From: Nostoc sp. PCC 7120 = FACHB-418
GTDB lineage: Bacteria; Cyanobacteriota; Cyanobacteriia; Cyanobacteriales; Nostocaceae
Reading direction: 5' to 3'
DNA length: 32,000 nt
NCBI RefSeq assembly: GCF_000009705.1
Contig: NC_003272.1
Location: 4,530,001-4,562,000 of the forward strand
Numbering within the stretch: the stretch's first letter is position 1; each line of letters opens with the position of its first letter. A model generated the notes under the pieces. That model saw only the letters and a list, made by a program, of their open reading frames with translations. It searched no databases and was not told the DNA's origin. Below, piece after piece: positions 7,925-17,402 of the stretch. Made by a program: the position numbers and the translations under genes.

Positions 7925-9916
7925 ATGACTTCTATTAATCATGATCCAACTTTTTCTGGCAATAGTCGCTCCACCCTCAAAAAAAGAACACTTTTATTTC
8001 GTTACCTCGCAGAAATCAATTTAATTTTTGGTCTGTGGTATTTACAATGGCGCATTACCAACTCCATCAATTTTGATGCGTTATGGCTCTCGATTCCGTT
8101 GTTGCTGGCGGAAATTTATAGCTACCTTGGCGGAGTGATGTTTGTCATTGGCTTGTGGCGACCTTTAGTCCGACAGATTAAGTCACTTGACCAGTTGACT
8201 CCATCTCTACCGCAAACAGATTGGCCAATTGTAGATGTCTTTATCACCTGTTACAACGAACCGCCGGAGATGGTCGAACAAACGGCCCAAGCAGCTTTAG
8301 CCATAGATTATCCACCAACTAAGCTGTATGTTTATGTTTTGGATGATGGTAACTCCCCTGCTATGCGAGCCATGACGGAAAAGTTATGTATTGCAGATTT
8401 ACAGTCACCACTACTACAGCAAGAAGCCAACCGCATTGATGCAGAACGCTCACACTTGGTAGAACGTCTGCAAAAGTTAGAAAGTTTCACCTCTAATATT
8501 CAAGTGGCTGAAGAATGGTTGTCAAAATCGTCATCAGTTCCCAACCAGGACAAAACCACAGATGAAGTTTTAGCGCAGAGTTTGCAACAGTTTATTCGTT
8601 GGTTATCTCCCAAACATCACAGTATTGCTGAACGCCTCAAAACTGAACGCCAAGTTTTAGCAGGCGCTATTCGCCAAAAAGAACTGGAATTGGTCGAACT
8701 CACTAGATTTCGTTATATTGCTCGTCCCAAACCTGCGGGTGTACCCCACCATGCGAAAGCAGGAAACCTCAATTACGCAATTTTTTCTGGTGAAACTTCG
8801 GGAGAATTTATTCTCACTTTAGATGCTGATCATATTCCCAAACCCCAATTTCTCAAGCGGGTTTTGCCATATTTCTACACATATAATCTGTTTAATGGCA
8901 AGTATGAGCAAAACCGCATTGCTTTTGTACAGACACCTCAGGACTTTTATAATATTCCTCCCAGTGATCCCTTTGGGCATCGAGCCAGTTTATTTTATGG
9001 GCCACTACAACAGGGTAAAGATGGGATGAATGCGGCCTTTTATACAGGTACTAACGCTATTTTGCGACGTGAGGCCTTAATTAATGTGGGACTACAATAT
9101 TTTGCCGATGATTTTACCAAAGATGAAAAACGATTAGATGAATTTCAATTGGTTGGTGGTCTATCTAGCAACAGTATTACAGAAGATATGAATACCGCTA
9201 TGCGTTTGCATGGTGCTGGTTGGAAATCAGTTTATCATCATGAACTTTTGGCAGAAGGTTTAGCACCTGATGACCTCAGTTCTACTTTAAAACAAAGACT
9301 ACGTTGGGCGCAGGGAACAATCCAAGTACTAGTTAAAGAAAACCCACTGAGGAAATCAGGACTCACGTTTTGGCAACGTCTGCAATATTTTAAGACGATG
9401 TATAGTTATTTTTCCGGTTTTGCTACGCTTATTTTTATTTCTTGTCCAATTATTTATTTTTTTACAGAAATTGTTCCTGTAAAAACATACGGTACTGATT
9501 TCATTCTACACTTTTTACCCACCTTTATAATCAATCGTCTAACGTTTGTTGTAGCAATATGGGGTATTCCAGCTAGTGAAATCTGGCGTTCTGAACAATA
9601 TGCGATCGCTTTATTTCCCATATTTATTCAAGCTGTTTGGAGTGTATTCACTGGACAGAAGATGAACTTTCAAGTTACCCCTAAAGAACGGCAATCAGGT
9701 ATTTATCTGAGCATGATTTGGCCACAATTATTAATCTTCTTTTTAACTATTATAGGCATATTTTGGAGTCTTTATAGCTTTGCGATTGGTCGTCTCAATC
9801 ATCCTTGGGTAAACCTGCTCAATAGTTCCTGGGCTGTCTATAACTTGCTACTCTTATCAGGTATCATTCGTGCATCTGTTTGGCAAATGCCAAAATATGA
9901 TTCAAAGAAAGTGTAA
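7925..9916 (+). CDS. Processive family-2 glycosyltransferase, cellulose-synthase-like (CesA/BcsA type), no PilZ domain
   Basis: The conserved motifs appear in canonical order: VFITCYNEP, VLDDGN, HAKAGNLN, TLDADH, QTPQ, ITEDMNTA and QRLRWAQG (QxxRW). Two TM helices precede the catalytic domain and several follow it. I prefer the ATG at 7925 (MTSINHDP...) because the ORF-track start at 7835 would overlap the upstream gene by 35 nt. The start is uncertain. Confidence 0.85.
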   Translation: MTSINHDPTFSGNSRSTLKKRTLLFRYLAEINLIFGLWYLQWRITNSINFDALWLSIPLLLAEIYSYLGGVMFVIGLWRPLVRQIKSLDQLTPSLPQTDWPIVDVFITCYNEPPEMVEQTAQAALAIDYPPTKLYVYVLDDGNSPAMRAMTEKLCIADLQSPLLQQEANRIDAERSHLVERLQKLESFTSNIQVAEEWLSKSSSVPNQDKTTDEVLAQSLQQFIRWLSPKHHSIAERLKTERQVLAGAIRQKELELVELTRFRYIARPKPAGVPHHAKAGNLNYAIFSGETSGEFILTLDADHIPKPQFLKRVLPYFYTYNLFNGKYEQNRIAFVQTPQDFYNIPPSDPFGHRASLFYGPLQQGKDGMNAAFYTGTNAILRREALINVGLQYFADDFTKDEKRLDEFQLVGGLSSNSITEDMNTAMRLHGAGWKSVYHHELLAEGLAPDDLSSTLKQRLRWAQGTIQVLVKENPLRKSGLTFWQRLQYFKTMYSYFSGFATLIFISCPIIYFFTEIVPVKTYGTDFILHFLPTFIINRLTFVVAIWGIPASEIWRSEQYAIALFPIFIQAVWSVFTGQKMNFQVTPKERQSGIYLSMIWPQLLIFFLTIIGIFWSLYSFAIGRLNHPWVNLLNSSWAVYNLLLLSGIIRASVWQMPKYDSKKV

Positions 9917-10250
9917 ATATTATTTATTGGTCGTTATTTTACAAACAAAATTGATGTCCGGCAGGGGATATTATCCACAAAAATACTTAATCTCATCCAA
10001 TAATTAAATTTTATTTGTATGAAAAAATACTGATTCGAGAAATTCTATAGTCAAGGCAATGCTGATAAAAATTCATATAGATAACGTTAAATTTGTTCAA
10101 CAATTATAATTTTAATATTTTTGTTAAAGTTTCCTTTTGTCTGCTTAACTACCTTGCCGTTTCAATATAATAATGCCAGAATGTATAAAACAATAATTAA
10201 ATAGCAAACCGATAGTAATCTAACAATTTATTTAAAGAAAAAAACAGCTT

Positions 10251-10589
10251 ATGAATACAAACTTTCAAGTCATAGAAGTATCGGGTATTTTAGATGGAAT
10301 TAGGGGTAATCAACTACGTCGTGAAATTAGCGAATTGATTGCTGATGGTAACAATATTGTGTTGCTGGACATGAATTCAGTGACTTTTATGGATAGTTCT
10401 GGCTTAGGCTCTTTAGTATCGGCAATGCAAATGCTACGTTCTGTTAATTCCCAACTTTTTATCTGCTCTATGAATGACCAAGTTAAGATGTTGTTTGAAT
10501 TAACTAAAATGAATAGGATTTTTCAAACCTTTATCGATCAAGATGACTTTAAACGGCAAGTACTGACAGCCACAAGGGTTATTTCCTAA
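10251..10589 (+). CDS. STAS-domain anti-sigma-factor antagonist (SpoIIAA/RsbV-like)
   Basis: 112 aa. The typical STAS layout is present, with the conserved phosphorylatable serine motif FMDSSGLGSL (Ser50 in DSSG). Confidence 0.85.
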   Translation: MNTNFQVIEVSGILDGIRGNQLRREISELIADGNNIVLLDMNSVTFMDSSGLGSLVSAMQMLRSVNSQLFICSMNDQVKMLFELTKMNRIFQTFIDQDDFKRQVLTATRVIS

Positions 10590-10613
10590 TTAAAAAGAAT
10601 CAATATAACTCTA

Positions 10614-11804
10614 TTAACCCAAAGTAATTTTTAATAATGACAAATCATCTTCAATTATTTGTTGAATATTTAATGTCATTATTTGCATTAATATGTAATG
10701 AATATTACAGGGTTCTGCCTGGCTAGATTTAATTAGTATTTCAATAAAAGCATCGAGTCCTAAAATCTTGCCATCTGGCTCTCTAATTTCATAAATGCCA
10801 TCACTAAATATGTACAGAGTACTGTCTTTTTTTACTTCCCAGGCAGCATCTTCAAACTGCACATCAGGTAAAAATCCTATGGGTAAATCTAAAGAATTGA
10901 GTTGTTTAACTTGAAAACCAGTTTCAGATGTACCAGATAAAATTACAGCCGGGGGATGTCCGGCGCTAGCATAGACGAGTTGATGTTGAATACAGTGATA
11001 AACTCCATACCAAATTGTGAAGTATTTATCACCGTGGTTTGTCATCTGGAAAGCATGATTTAGTGCCTTGAGAACTTCTCTAGGCTTGTAGAAATTAGTA
11101 TTAGGTAAAGATTGCGATCGCAGAATATTCAAGATAGAGACAGATAATAGGGCAGAACCTATTCCATGTCCTGATACATCCAATAGATAAATTGCTAAAT
11201 GCTCGTCATCCAGCCAGTAATAATCGAAGCAATCACCCCCCAACTGGGTTGAAGGAATAAATAAGGCTTCTGTATTTACTCTTCCTTCTAGAGGTTTAGG
11301 TAGAAGCGATCGCACATAATCAGCAGCCTCGGCTAAGTCTGCTTCTAAAGTTTGCTTTTGGGTTTGTAAATCATGGTTGAGTATTTCTAAAGTTTGCTTT
11401 TGGGTTTGTAAATCCTGATTGAGCTGATGTAACCTGAGTCCGGCTCTTACCCGCGCTTTTAATTCAATCATTTCGATTGGTTTAGAGATAAACTCATCAG
11501 CTCCAGCATCCAGTCCTTTAACTCTGTCTTTCTCTTCTCCTGGCGCTGCTCCCTTAGCCGTTAACAAAATAAAAAAACTAGTTGCTAACTCTGGATTTGC
11601 TTTAATTTGACGACATACTTCCAATCCATCTAACGGAGACATTACCCAATCACAGATAATCAATGCGGGACGGAGCAGTTCTGCTTGAATAATTCCTTCC
11701 TTCCCATTGTTGACAACAGTAGTTTCATAACCCTGATTCTCAAGAGTTCTTTTTAGCACCGTCCGTACAACCGGATCATCATCAATAACTAAAATTTTTA
11801 CCAT
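10614..11804 (-). CDS. Response-regulator receiver fused to a PP2C/SpoIIE-type serine phosphatase (RsbY/RsbU-like)
   Basis: 396 aa. The N-terminal REC domain shows KILVIDDDP...LIICDWVMSPLDG...LTAKG...KP. A coiled-coil linker follows, then PP2C/SpoIIE motifs: LGGDCFDYYW, LLDVSGHGIGSALLS and IFSDGIYE. Confidence 0.85.
   Translation of the reverse strand: MVKILVIDDDPVVRTVLKRTLENQGYETTVVNNGKEGIIQAELLRPALIICDWVMSPLDGLEVCRQIKANPELATSFFILLTAKGAAPGEEKDRVKGLDAGADEFISKPIEMIELKARVRAGLRLHQLNQDLQTQKQTLEILNHDLQTQKQTLEADLAEAADYVRSLLPKPLEGRVNTEALFIPSTQLGGDCFDYYWLDDEHLAIYLLDVSGHGIGSALLSVSILNILRSQSLPNTNFYKPREVLKALNHAFQMTNHGDKYFTIWYGVYHCIQHQLVYASAGHPPAVILSGTSETGFQVKQLNSLDLPIGFLPDVQFEDAAWEVKKDSTLYIFSDGIYEIREPDGKILGLDAFIEILIKSSQAEPCNIHYILMQIMTLNIQQIIEDDLSLLKITLG
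11343..11426. repeat. 42-bp direct tandem duplication inside the REC-PP2C linker
   Basis: Unit 1 (11343-11384) is ttctaaagtttgcttttgggtttgtaaatcatggttgagtat. Unit 2 (11385-11426) is ttctaaagtttgcttttgggtttgtaaatcctgattgagctg. The first 30 nt are identical. The duplication is in frame and encodes LNQDLQTQKQTLEI / LNHDLQTQKQTLEA. Confidence 0.9.
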
Positions 11805-11953
11805 AAGTGATGGGCTAATAAATATAATCTCAATTGAGTATTGTATTTATTTCAAATTAACTATAATCGAGTTGATAATGTACAGTGAAAATACTCAAAT
11901 TAAATAAAATGATCATTGTGTATGCTTGATTCAAGTCTATTCTTATCTAAGAA

Positions 11954-12370
11954 GTGAATAATAAAATTTATTTAAAATTAAATACGGACTTAGCAGCCTC
12001 GACTGAGGTGTTGTCATGGTTCGAGCAGATAAATCGACCAGTTATTTCTCATCAGCAAATCTGGTGGCAATGTCAAACATTACTAATGGAGGGATTTGCT
12101 AATATTGTTGAACATTCACACAAACATTTACCAATAGAAACACCTATTGAGATAGAAGTTTCACGAACACAGGATTATATAGAAATACGTATATGGTCGC
12201 AAGGTGAACCCTTTGACTTAGAACAGCGATTAAAAAAAACAACTGAACTGGAAGAAAATATTCAAGAGCGCGGTCGCGGCTTAAGAATTATGGAAGCGAT
12301 CGCCGATGATTTAAGTTATGAAAAACTAGCAGATAATCGCCACTGTTTATTTATTCGTAAATACTATTAA
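11954..12370 (+). CDS. RsbW/SpoIIAB-like anti-sigma factor serine kinase (HATPase_c only)
   Basis: 138 aa with a GTG start. It has an N-box-like [11 protein letters not shown] and a G2-like [16 protein letters not shown]. The G1 position reads SQGEPFD, which is degenerate relative to DxGxG. It is divergent from the PP2C gene and lies 37 bp upstream of the hybrid kinase. Confidence 0.75.
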   Translation: MNNKIYLKLNTDLAASTEVLSWFEQINRPVISHQQIWWQCQTLLMEGFANIVEHSHKHLPIETPIEIEVSRTQDYIEIRIWSQGEPFDLEQRLKKTTELEENIQERGRGLRIMEAIADDLSYEKLADNRHCLFIRKYY

Positions 12371-12407
12371 ACCTATTTATTATCACACCCTCATCTGTAA
12401 TTTAAAG

Positions 12408-15400
12408 ATGAAAGCACAATTGCCTGATAACGAAGTGCAGAGAATTGCAGCACTTTTAGAGTATAAAATTCTTGATACTCCACCCGAAGCAGCATTTGAT
12501 GATATCACCCGTTTAGCATCATATATTTGTGGAACTCCGATTGCTTTAATCAGCTTAATTGACCAAAATCGTCAATGGTTTAAGGCAACATTTGGGCTGG
12601 AGAGGCGAGAAACACCGCGAGATGAGGCATTTTGCGCTCATACTATTTTAGAATCTGAAGCCTTTATCGTACCTGATGCCACAGCCGACGAACGCTTTGC
12701 TACAAATCCATTAGTCATATCTGATCCCAAAATTCGATTTTATGCGGGTGTACCTCTCACTAACCCTGAAGGCTATTCCTTGGGAACACTTTGTGTTATT
12801 GATTACATACCCAGGAACTTAAGTTTTGAACAGATTGAGGCGCTACAAATTCTAGGTCGCCAAGTCATAAAGCAATTGGAACTGCGGCGTAACTTAGCGA
12901 ATTTAGTACTGGTAAATAATCAACACAAACAAGCACAAAAAATCCGCCATCCATTTTTTAAAAAAATTGCTGGTGGCTTTGGATTGGCATCAGTCTTTTT
13001 AGTCTTACTTGGCTTGGCTTCCTATCAGGCTGAAATCGAATTAATTCATAATGGCAATCAAGTCCAAACAACCCAAGAAAGCATTAATAACTTAGAACAA
13101 CTGCTGTCTCAAATGAAGGATGCAGAAACTGGACAACGTGGTTACATTTTGACAGGAAAAGACCCTTATCTGCAAACTTATCAAACAGCGCTAGCAAACA
13201 TTGATCAGAAGTTTGATGAACTGAGAAATGCCACAGTTGATCCAGTCCGCCAACAGCGTCTTGTCATACTCAAACCTCTGATTACCGCAAAAATTACTGA
13301 ACTGAATCAAACTATCAAACTACGACAGAATCTAGGCTTCCAGGCAGCATTACAGGTCATCCAATCCGATCAAGGGCAAACTCTCATGGATGACATCCGC
13401 AAAGTGATGCGTGAAATGGAGACAGAGAACAAGGTGCGCCTTCAACAGCAATTACAAGCGGTAAAAGCCAGTGAGCAAAAAGTTATTTTCATCTTGGCGA
13501 TCGCTATCGTCTCAGGTTTTATCATTCTCGCTGTTGTTTACTACCTAATTTATTGTGAAGTTATTGCCCGCCAGTCGATGGAAAATATACTCAACGAAGA
13601 GCGTAATTTTATTTCGGCAGTACTGGATACAGTCAGCGCCTTGGTCATCGTCCTAGATTCCCAAGGGCGAATTGTTCGCTTTAATCAAGCTTGTGAGGTG
13701 ATAACTGGTTACTCATTCGATGAGGTCAGGGGTAGGCATTTTTGGAATCTGTTTTTGCTTCCTGAAGACGTAGAGTCAAGCAAAGAATTTTTTGCCAAGT
13801 TCCCAGCAGATCCAACAGTACCCAGTGTTCAGGAGTCTGAAAACTATTGGGTAACTAAAGATGGTAGTCGGCGCTTAATTGCATGGTCGAGAACTATCCT
13901 GCAAAACCATGAGGGTTCGGTAGAATACATTATTGGTACAGGCATTGATATTACTGAGCGCAAACGTGCAGACAAGCATTTGACAATACAATATGCCATC
14001 ACTCGTGTCTTGGCAGAATCTACAACGATTACCGAAGCTACGCCCCAAATTTTGCAAGCCATTTGTGAAACCTTGGGATGGAATGTCTGTGAAATTTGGA
14101 TGGTAAATCAGCAAGCAAATTTCTTGAGTTTTTTCGACCTGTGGCATCACACATCTTTGGAAATGCAGGAGTTTAGAACCCAAAGTCAGCCAATCACATT
14201 TGCATCGGGGATTGGATTGCCAGGACGGATTTGGGCTAGTGGTCAACCCATTTGGCTGACCGATATCGTCAATGATGGCAGCTTTCTGAGAAACCAATTA
14301 GCAGCGCAAGTAGGATTGCGTGGTGCTTTTGGTTTTCCGATTCGGAGTGGGCAAAAAATTCTGGGAGTCATTACCTGCTTTAGTCATCAAGTTCAGCCGC
14401 ATGACCCAGATTTGGCAAAAATCATGGATTCTATTGGCGAACAAGTAGGGCAGTTTATCCATCGTAAACAGGCAGAGGAGGAACTGCAACGGCAAAACCT
14501 GCGATCGCAATTATTCACAGAAATCACTCTCAAAATTCGCCAATCTTTGCAAATTGAAGAAATCTTACAAATCACTGTCAAAGAAGTACAAAAGATTCTC
14601 CAGACTGATCGAGTTTTAATTTATCAGTTACTGCCTGATGGTTCTGGAAGTCTGATCATTGAGGCAGTCGTGGCTGGTTGGGCAGCAATTAAAGGACAAA
14701 ATATTACTGATTTTTATTTGCAAACAGAATATCAACAGCAGTATTGTCTACAACAGTATCGCCTCAGGCATCTGGAGGCGATCGCTAACCTAGATTTGGG
14801 AGAGATTCAACAAAGCCATCTAGAATTACTCAGAAAGTTTGGGGTTAAAGCTAATTTAGTTATACCTATTCTTGTCAAAGATGAACTCTGTGGCTTACTA
14901 ATTGTCCATCAGTGCGCCACCTCCCGCCAATGGACAAGTTTTGAGACCCATCTTTTACGACAAATAGCAGACCAAGTAGGTATCGCTGTAGCCCAAGCCC
15001 AACTCTTAGAAGTAGAAACTCGACAGCGACAGGAACTAGAAGTTGCCCGTAGTCAGGCTGAATTAGCTTCTCATGCTAAAAGCGCTTTTTTGGCGAATAT
15101 GAGTCATGAAATCCGCACACCCATGAATGCTGTATTGGGGATGACTGGCTTAATGCTAGAAACTCTTCTCAACCAAGAGCAGCGAGATTTTATGGAAACT
15201 ATTCGCATTAGTGGCGATGCACTTTTAACTCTCATTAACGAGATATTGGATCTCTCCAAACTGGAGGCTGGGGAAATGGCTTTAGAAAATTTGAATTTTA
15301 ATTTATCAACCTGTGTGGAAGAAGTTTTAGATTTATTAGCCCCCCAAGCTCATAGTAAGGGATTAGAAATTGCTGCTTTAATCTATCGCCACGTTCCTAT

Positions 15401-17060
15401 CCAACTCCAAGGAGATGCTAGCCGTCTGCGACAAATTCTCATGAACCTGATTGGCAACGCTATCAAGTTCACTAGTTTTGGGGAAGTAGTCATGCGAGTA
15501 GAATTGCGATCGGAAACTCCTACTACAGCTATTATCCACTTTGCCGTTACAGATAGTGGCTTGGGCATTACTTTAGAAGACCAACACAAACTGTTTACCC
15601 CTTTTACTCAAGTAGATGCTTCCACCACGCGTAAGTATGGTGGTACTGGTTTGGGATTAGCAATATGCAAACAATTAGTGACATTAATGGGAGGAGAAAT
15701 TGGTGTAGAAAGTCAGTTAGGCAAAGGTTCTAAATTTTGGTTTGAAATTCCTTTCGCCAAACAACTCCAGCCTGTTTCTTTTGTAGAAGATTGCGGACTA
15801 TTAAACAATCGCCGTTTACTGGTGGTGGATGACCACGCCACTAATCGAAAAATTATTTATCACCAAGTTAGTCGATGGGGAATGCAGGTAGATCAAGCTG
15901 ATAGAGCTGTTGCGGCTCTAAGTATGATTGTGGAAGCTTGTCAGCAGAATAAGCCCTACGATGTCATCTTAATCGATATGCAGATGCCTGAAATGGATGG
16001 GATGGCTTTGGGAAAACAAATTAAGGCCAATTCTGCTATTCCTCCAACACCCTTAATTATGCTCACTTCTACTAATCAACGTGACGAAGTGCAACAGGCA
16101 ATTAAGATTGGATTTGCTGCTTATTTGGTCAAACCTGTAAAATCATCTCGGTTGCTCGACACTATAATGAGTGTTTTAAAAACTCCGTCACAATTGGAAG
16201 CAGAGAAGTTGGAAGTAAAGAGTCAAGAGTTAGAAAAGAACAATTTAGATCACAGCCGCAACCATAATTTTACTGCTACCCAGGCTCAGAATTCTGTTTC
16301 AACAAAAACTAGAATCCTACTGGCTGAGGATAACTTAGTTAACCAAAAAGTGGCTCTTAAACAACTCCAAAGCCTTGGTTATACAGCTGATGTTGCTGCT
16401 AACGGCAAAGAGGTTTTACAACTATTAAAACAAATTCCCTACGATTTGATTTTAATGGATTGTCAAATGCCAATTCTTGATGGTTTGGAAGCCACAAAAG
16501 AAATTCATCGTTGGGCAGAAAGCTCCTTTGCTAGCTGTCGTCGTCCTGTGATTATTGCGATGACAGCTAATGCCATGAAAGAAGACAAACAAATGTGTCT
16601 AGATGCCGGCATGGATGATTATTTGAGCAAGCCTGTGATGAAAGAACAATTGGCGACAGCATTAGAATATTGGTGCCAGTTAATACTAAATTCACGACAG
16701 GCAGTAGAGTTTGATCTAAATAGTCTTCCTCTTGACTGGGAACACTTACATCAACTTTCCGAAAACGATACAGAATTTGAATTACATTTGTTGCAAATAT
16801 TCGTTGAGGATGTCCGAGCTAGATTAGAGTTAGCTAAAGAGGCGATCGCTAACACTGACTTTCAACAGATGGCTCAACAAGTCCATCAGCTGAAAGGCGC
16901 TAGTACCAATATCGGCGCTACAGCTATGTATCTAGCTGCTGAAAAGCTAGAACAGCTAGCTCAAAACCAAGAGCGTAGAGGCAGCATGGAGTTAATTACA
17001 GAAATAGAAGAGGGTGTCAACCAGATTCAAGCCTTTCTAACTAGAAGCCAAATTGTTTGA
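12408..17060 (+). CDS. Multi-sensor hybrid histidine kinase: GAF - TM - CHASE3 - TM - PAS - GAF - GAF - HisKA - HATPase - REC - REC - Hpt
   Basis: 1550 aa.
- N-terminal GAF-like domain: [25 protein letters not shown]....
- TM1: [20 protein letters not shown].
- CHASE3-like region: [25 protein letters not shown].
- TM2: [24 protein letters not shown].
- PAS: [20 protein letters not shown]....
- Two GAF domains.
- H-box [12 protein letters not shown], with His900 at nt 15105-15107.
- HATPase N and G boxes.
- REC aspartates at D1190 (nt 15975) and D1351 (nt 16458).
- Hpt motif [12 protein letters not shown], with H1493 at nt 16884. Confidence 0.9.
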   Translation: MKAQLPDNEVQRIAALLEYKILDTPPEAAFDDITRLASYICGTPIALISLIDQNRQWFKATFGLERRETPRDEAFCAHTILESEAFIVPDATADERFATNPLVISDPKIRFYAGVPLTNPEGYSLGTLCVIDYIPRNLSFEQIEALQILGRQVIKQLELRRNLANLVLVNNQHKQAQKIRHPFFKKIAGGFGLASVFLVLLGLASYQAEIELIHNGNQVQTTQESINNLEQLLSQMKDAETGQRGYILTGKDPYLQTYQTALANIDQKFDELRNATVDPVRQQRLVILKPLITAKITELNQTIKLRQNLGFQAALQVIQSDQGQTLMDDIRKVMREMETENKVRLQQQLQAVKASEQKVIFILAIAIVSGFIILAVVYYLIYCEVIARQSMENILNEERNFISAVLDTVSALVIVLDSQGRIVRFNQACEVITGYSFDEVRGRHFWNLFLLPEDVESSKEFFAKFPADPTVPSVQESENYWVTKDGSRRLIAWSRTILQNHEGSVEYIIGTGIDITERKRADKHLTIQYAITRVLAESTTITEATPQILQAICETLGWNVCEIWMVNQQANFLSFFDLWHHTSLEMQEFRTQSQPITFASGIGLPGRIWASGQPIWLTDIVNDGSFLRNQLAAQVGLRGAFGFPIRSGQKILGVITCFSHQVQPHDPDLAKIMDSIGEQVGQFIHRKQAEEELQRQNLRSQLFTEITLKIRQSLQIEEILQITVKEVQKILQTDRVLIYQLLPDGSGSLIIEAVVAGWAAIKGQNITDFYLQTEYQQQYCLQQYRLRHLEAIANLDLGEIQQSHLELLRKFGVKANLVIPILVKDELCGLLIVHQCATSRQWTSFETHLLRQIADQVGIAVAQAQLLEVETRQRQELEVARSQAELASHAKSAFLANMSHEIRTPMNAVLGMTGLMLETLLNQEQRDFMETIRISGDALLTLINEILDLSKLEAGEMALENLNFNLSTCVEEVLDLLAPQAHSKGLEIAALIYRHVPIQLQGDASRLRQILMNLIGNAIKFTSFGEVVMRVELRSETPTTAIIHFAVTDSGLGITLEDQHKLFTPFTQVDASTTRKYGGTGLGLAICKQLVTLMGGEIGVESQLGKGSKFWFEIPFAKQLQPVSFVEDCGLLNNRRLLVVDDHATNRKIIYHQVSRWGMQVDQADRAVAALSMIVEACQQNKPYDVILIDMQMPEMDGMALGKQIKANSAIPPTPLIMLTSTNQRDEVQQAIKIGFAAYLVKPVKSSRLLDTIMSVLKTPSQLEAEKLEVKSQELEKNNLDHSRNHNFTATQAQNSVSTKTRILLAEDNLVNQKVALKQLQSLGYTADVAANGKEVLQLLKQIPYDLILMDCQMPILDGLEATKEIHRWAESSFASCRRPVIIAMTANAMKEDKQMCLDAGMDDYLSKPVMKEQLATALEYWCQLILNSRQAVEFDLNSLPLDWEHLHQLSENDTEFELHLLQIFVEDVRARLELAKEAIANTDFQQMAQQVHQLKGASTNIGATAMYLAAEKLEQLAQNQERRGSMELITEIEEGVNQIQAFLTRSQIV

Positions 17061-17176
17061 CCATGTTTTATGAGTAGTTAGTCGTATACGCAGTTCTTCC
17101 CTCTGGTCTTGAGACAAGATTGTTAAACCAGATCAAAAGCAACTAACAAATGACCACTGACAACTGACACACAGTG

Positions 17177-17207
17177 CAAAAAAAAGGTTTGGCTCACCAC
17201 CAAACCT
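17177..17207 (-). terminator. Rho-independent terminator oriented on the minus strand
   Basis: On the plus strand, AGGTTTGG (17185-17192) and CCAAACCT (17200-17207) are separated by a 7-nt loop and preceded by an A8 run (17178-17185). On the minus strand this reads as an 8-bp GC-containing hairpin followed by U8. Confidence 0.7.
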
Positions 17208-17376
17208 CTCTATAAATCCAGTGCATAACAACATCCCGAAATAATGTACCTGTTATTTTGAGGCGATCGCATCTTCCTATAGGATGTAGCTAAGGGTCAA
17301 AAAACCTGATTTTAGCCAAAACTAGTATTAATAATTACATTTAAGGCAATTTAATCCGTTTTTTCCATTGATTGCC

Positions 17377-17402
17377 AAAAAAAAGACGGGTTTTACCCCG
17401 TC
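17377..17402 (-). terminator. Rho-independent terminator oriented on the minus strand
   Basis: On the plus strand, an A8 run (17377-17384) precedes GACGGG (17385-17390), a 6-nt loop and CCCGTC (17397-17402). On the minus strand this reads as a hairpin followed by U8. Confidence 0.7.

Noticed and set aside
17133-17234. 33-codon minus-strand micro-ORF (MLLCTGFIERFGGEPNLFFALCVSCQWSFVSCF).
   Set aside because: It reads straight through the terminator hairpin and its U-tract, which supplies the FF from TTTTTT. It has no SD and looks like a by-product of the terminator sequence.
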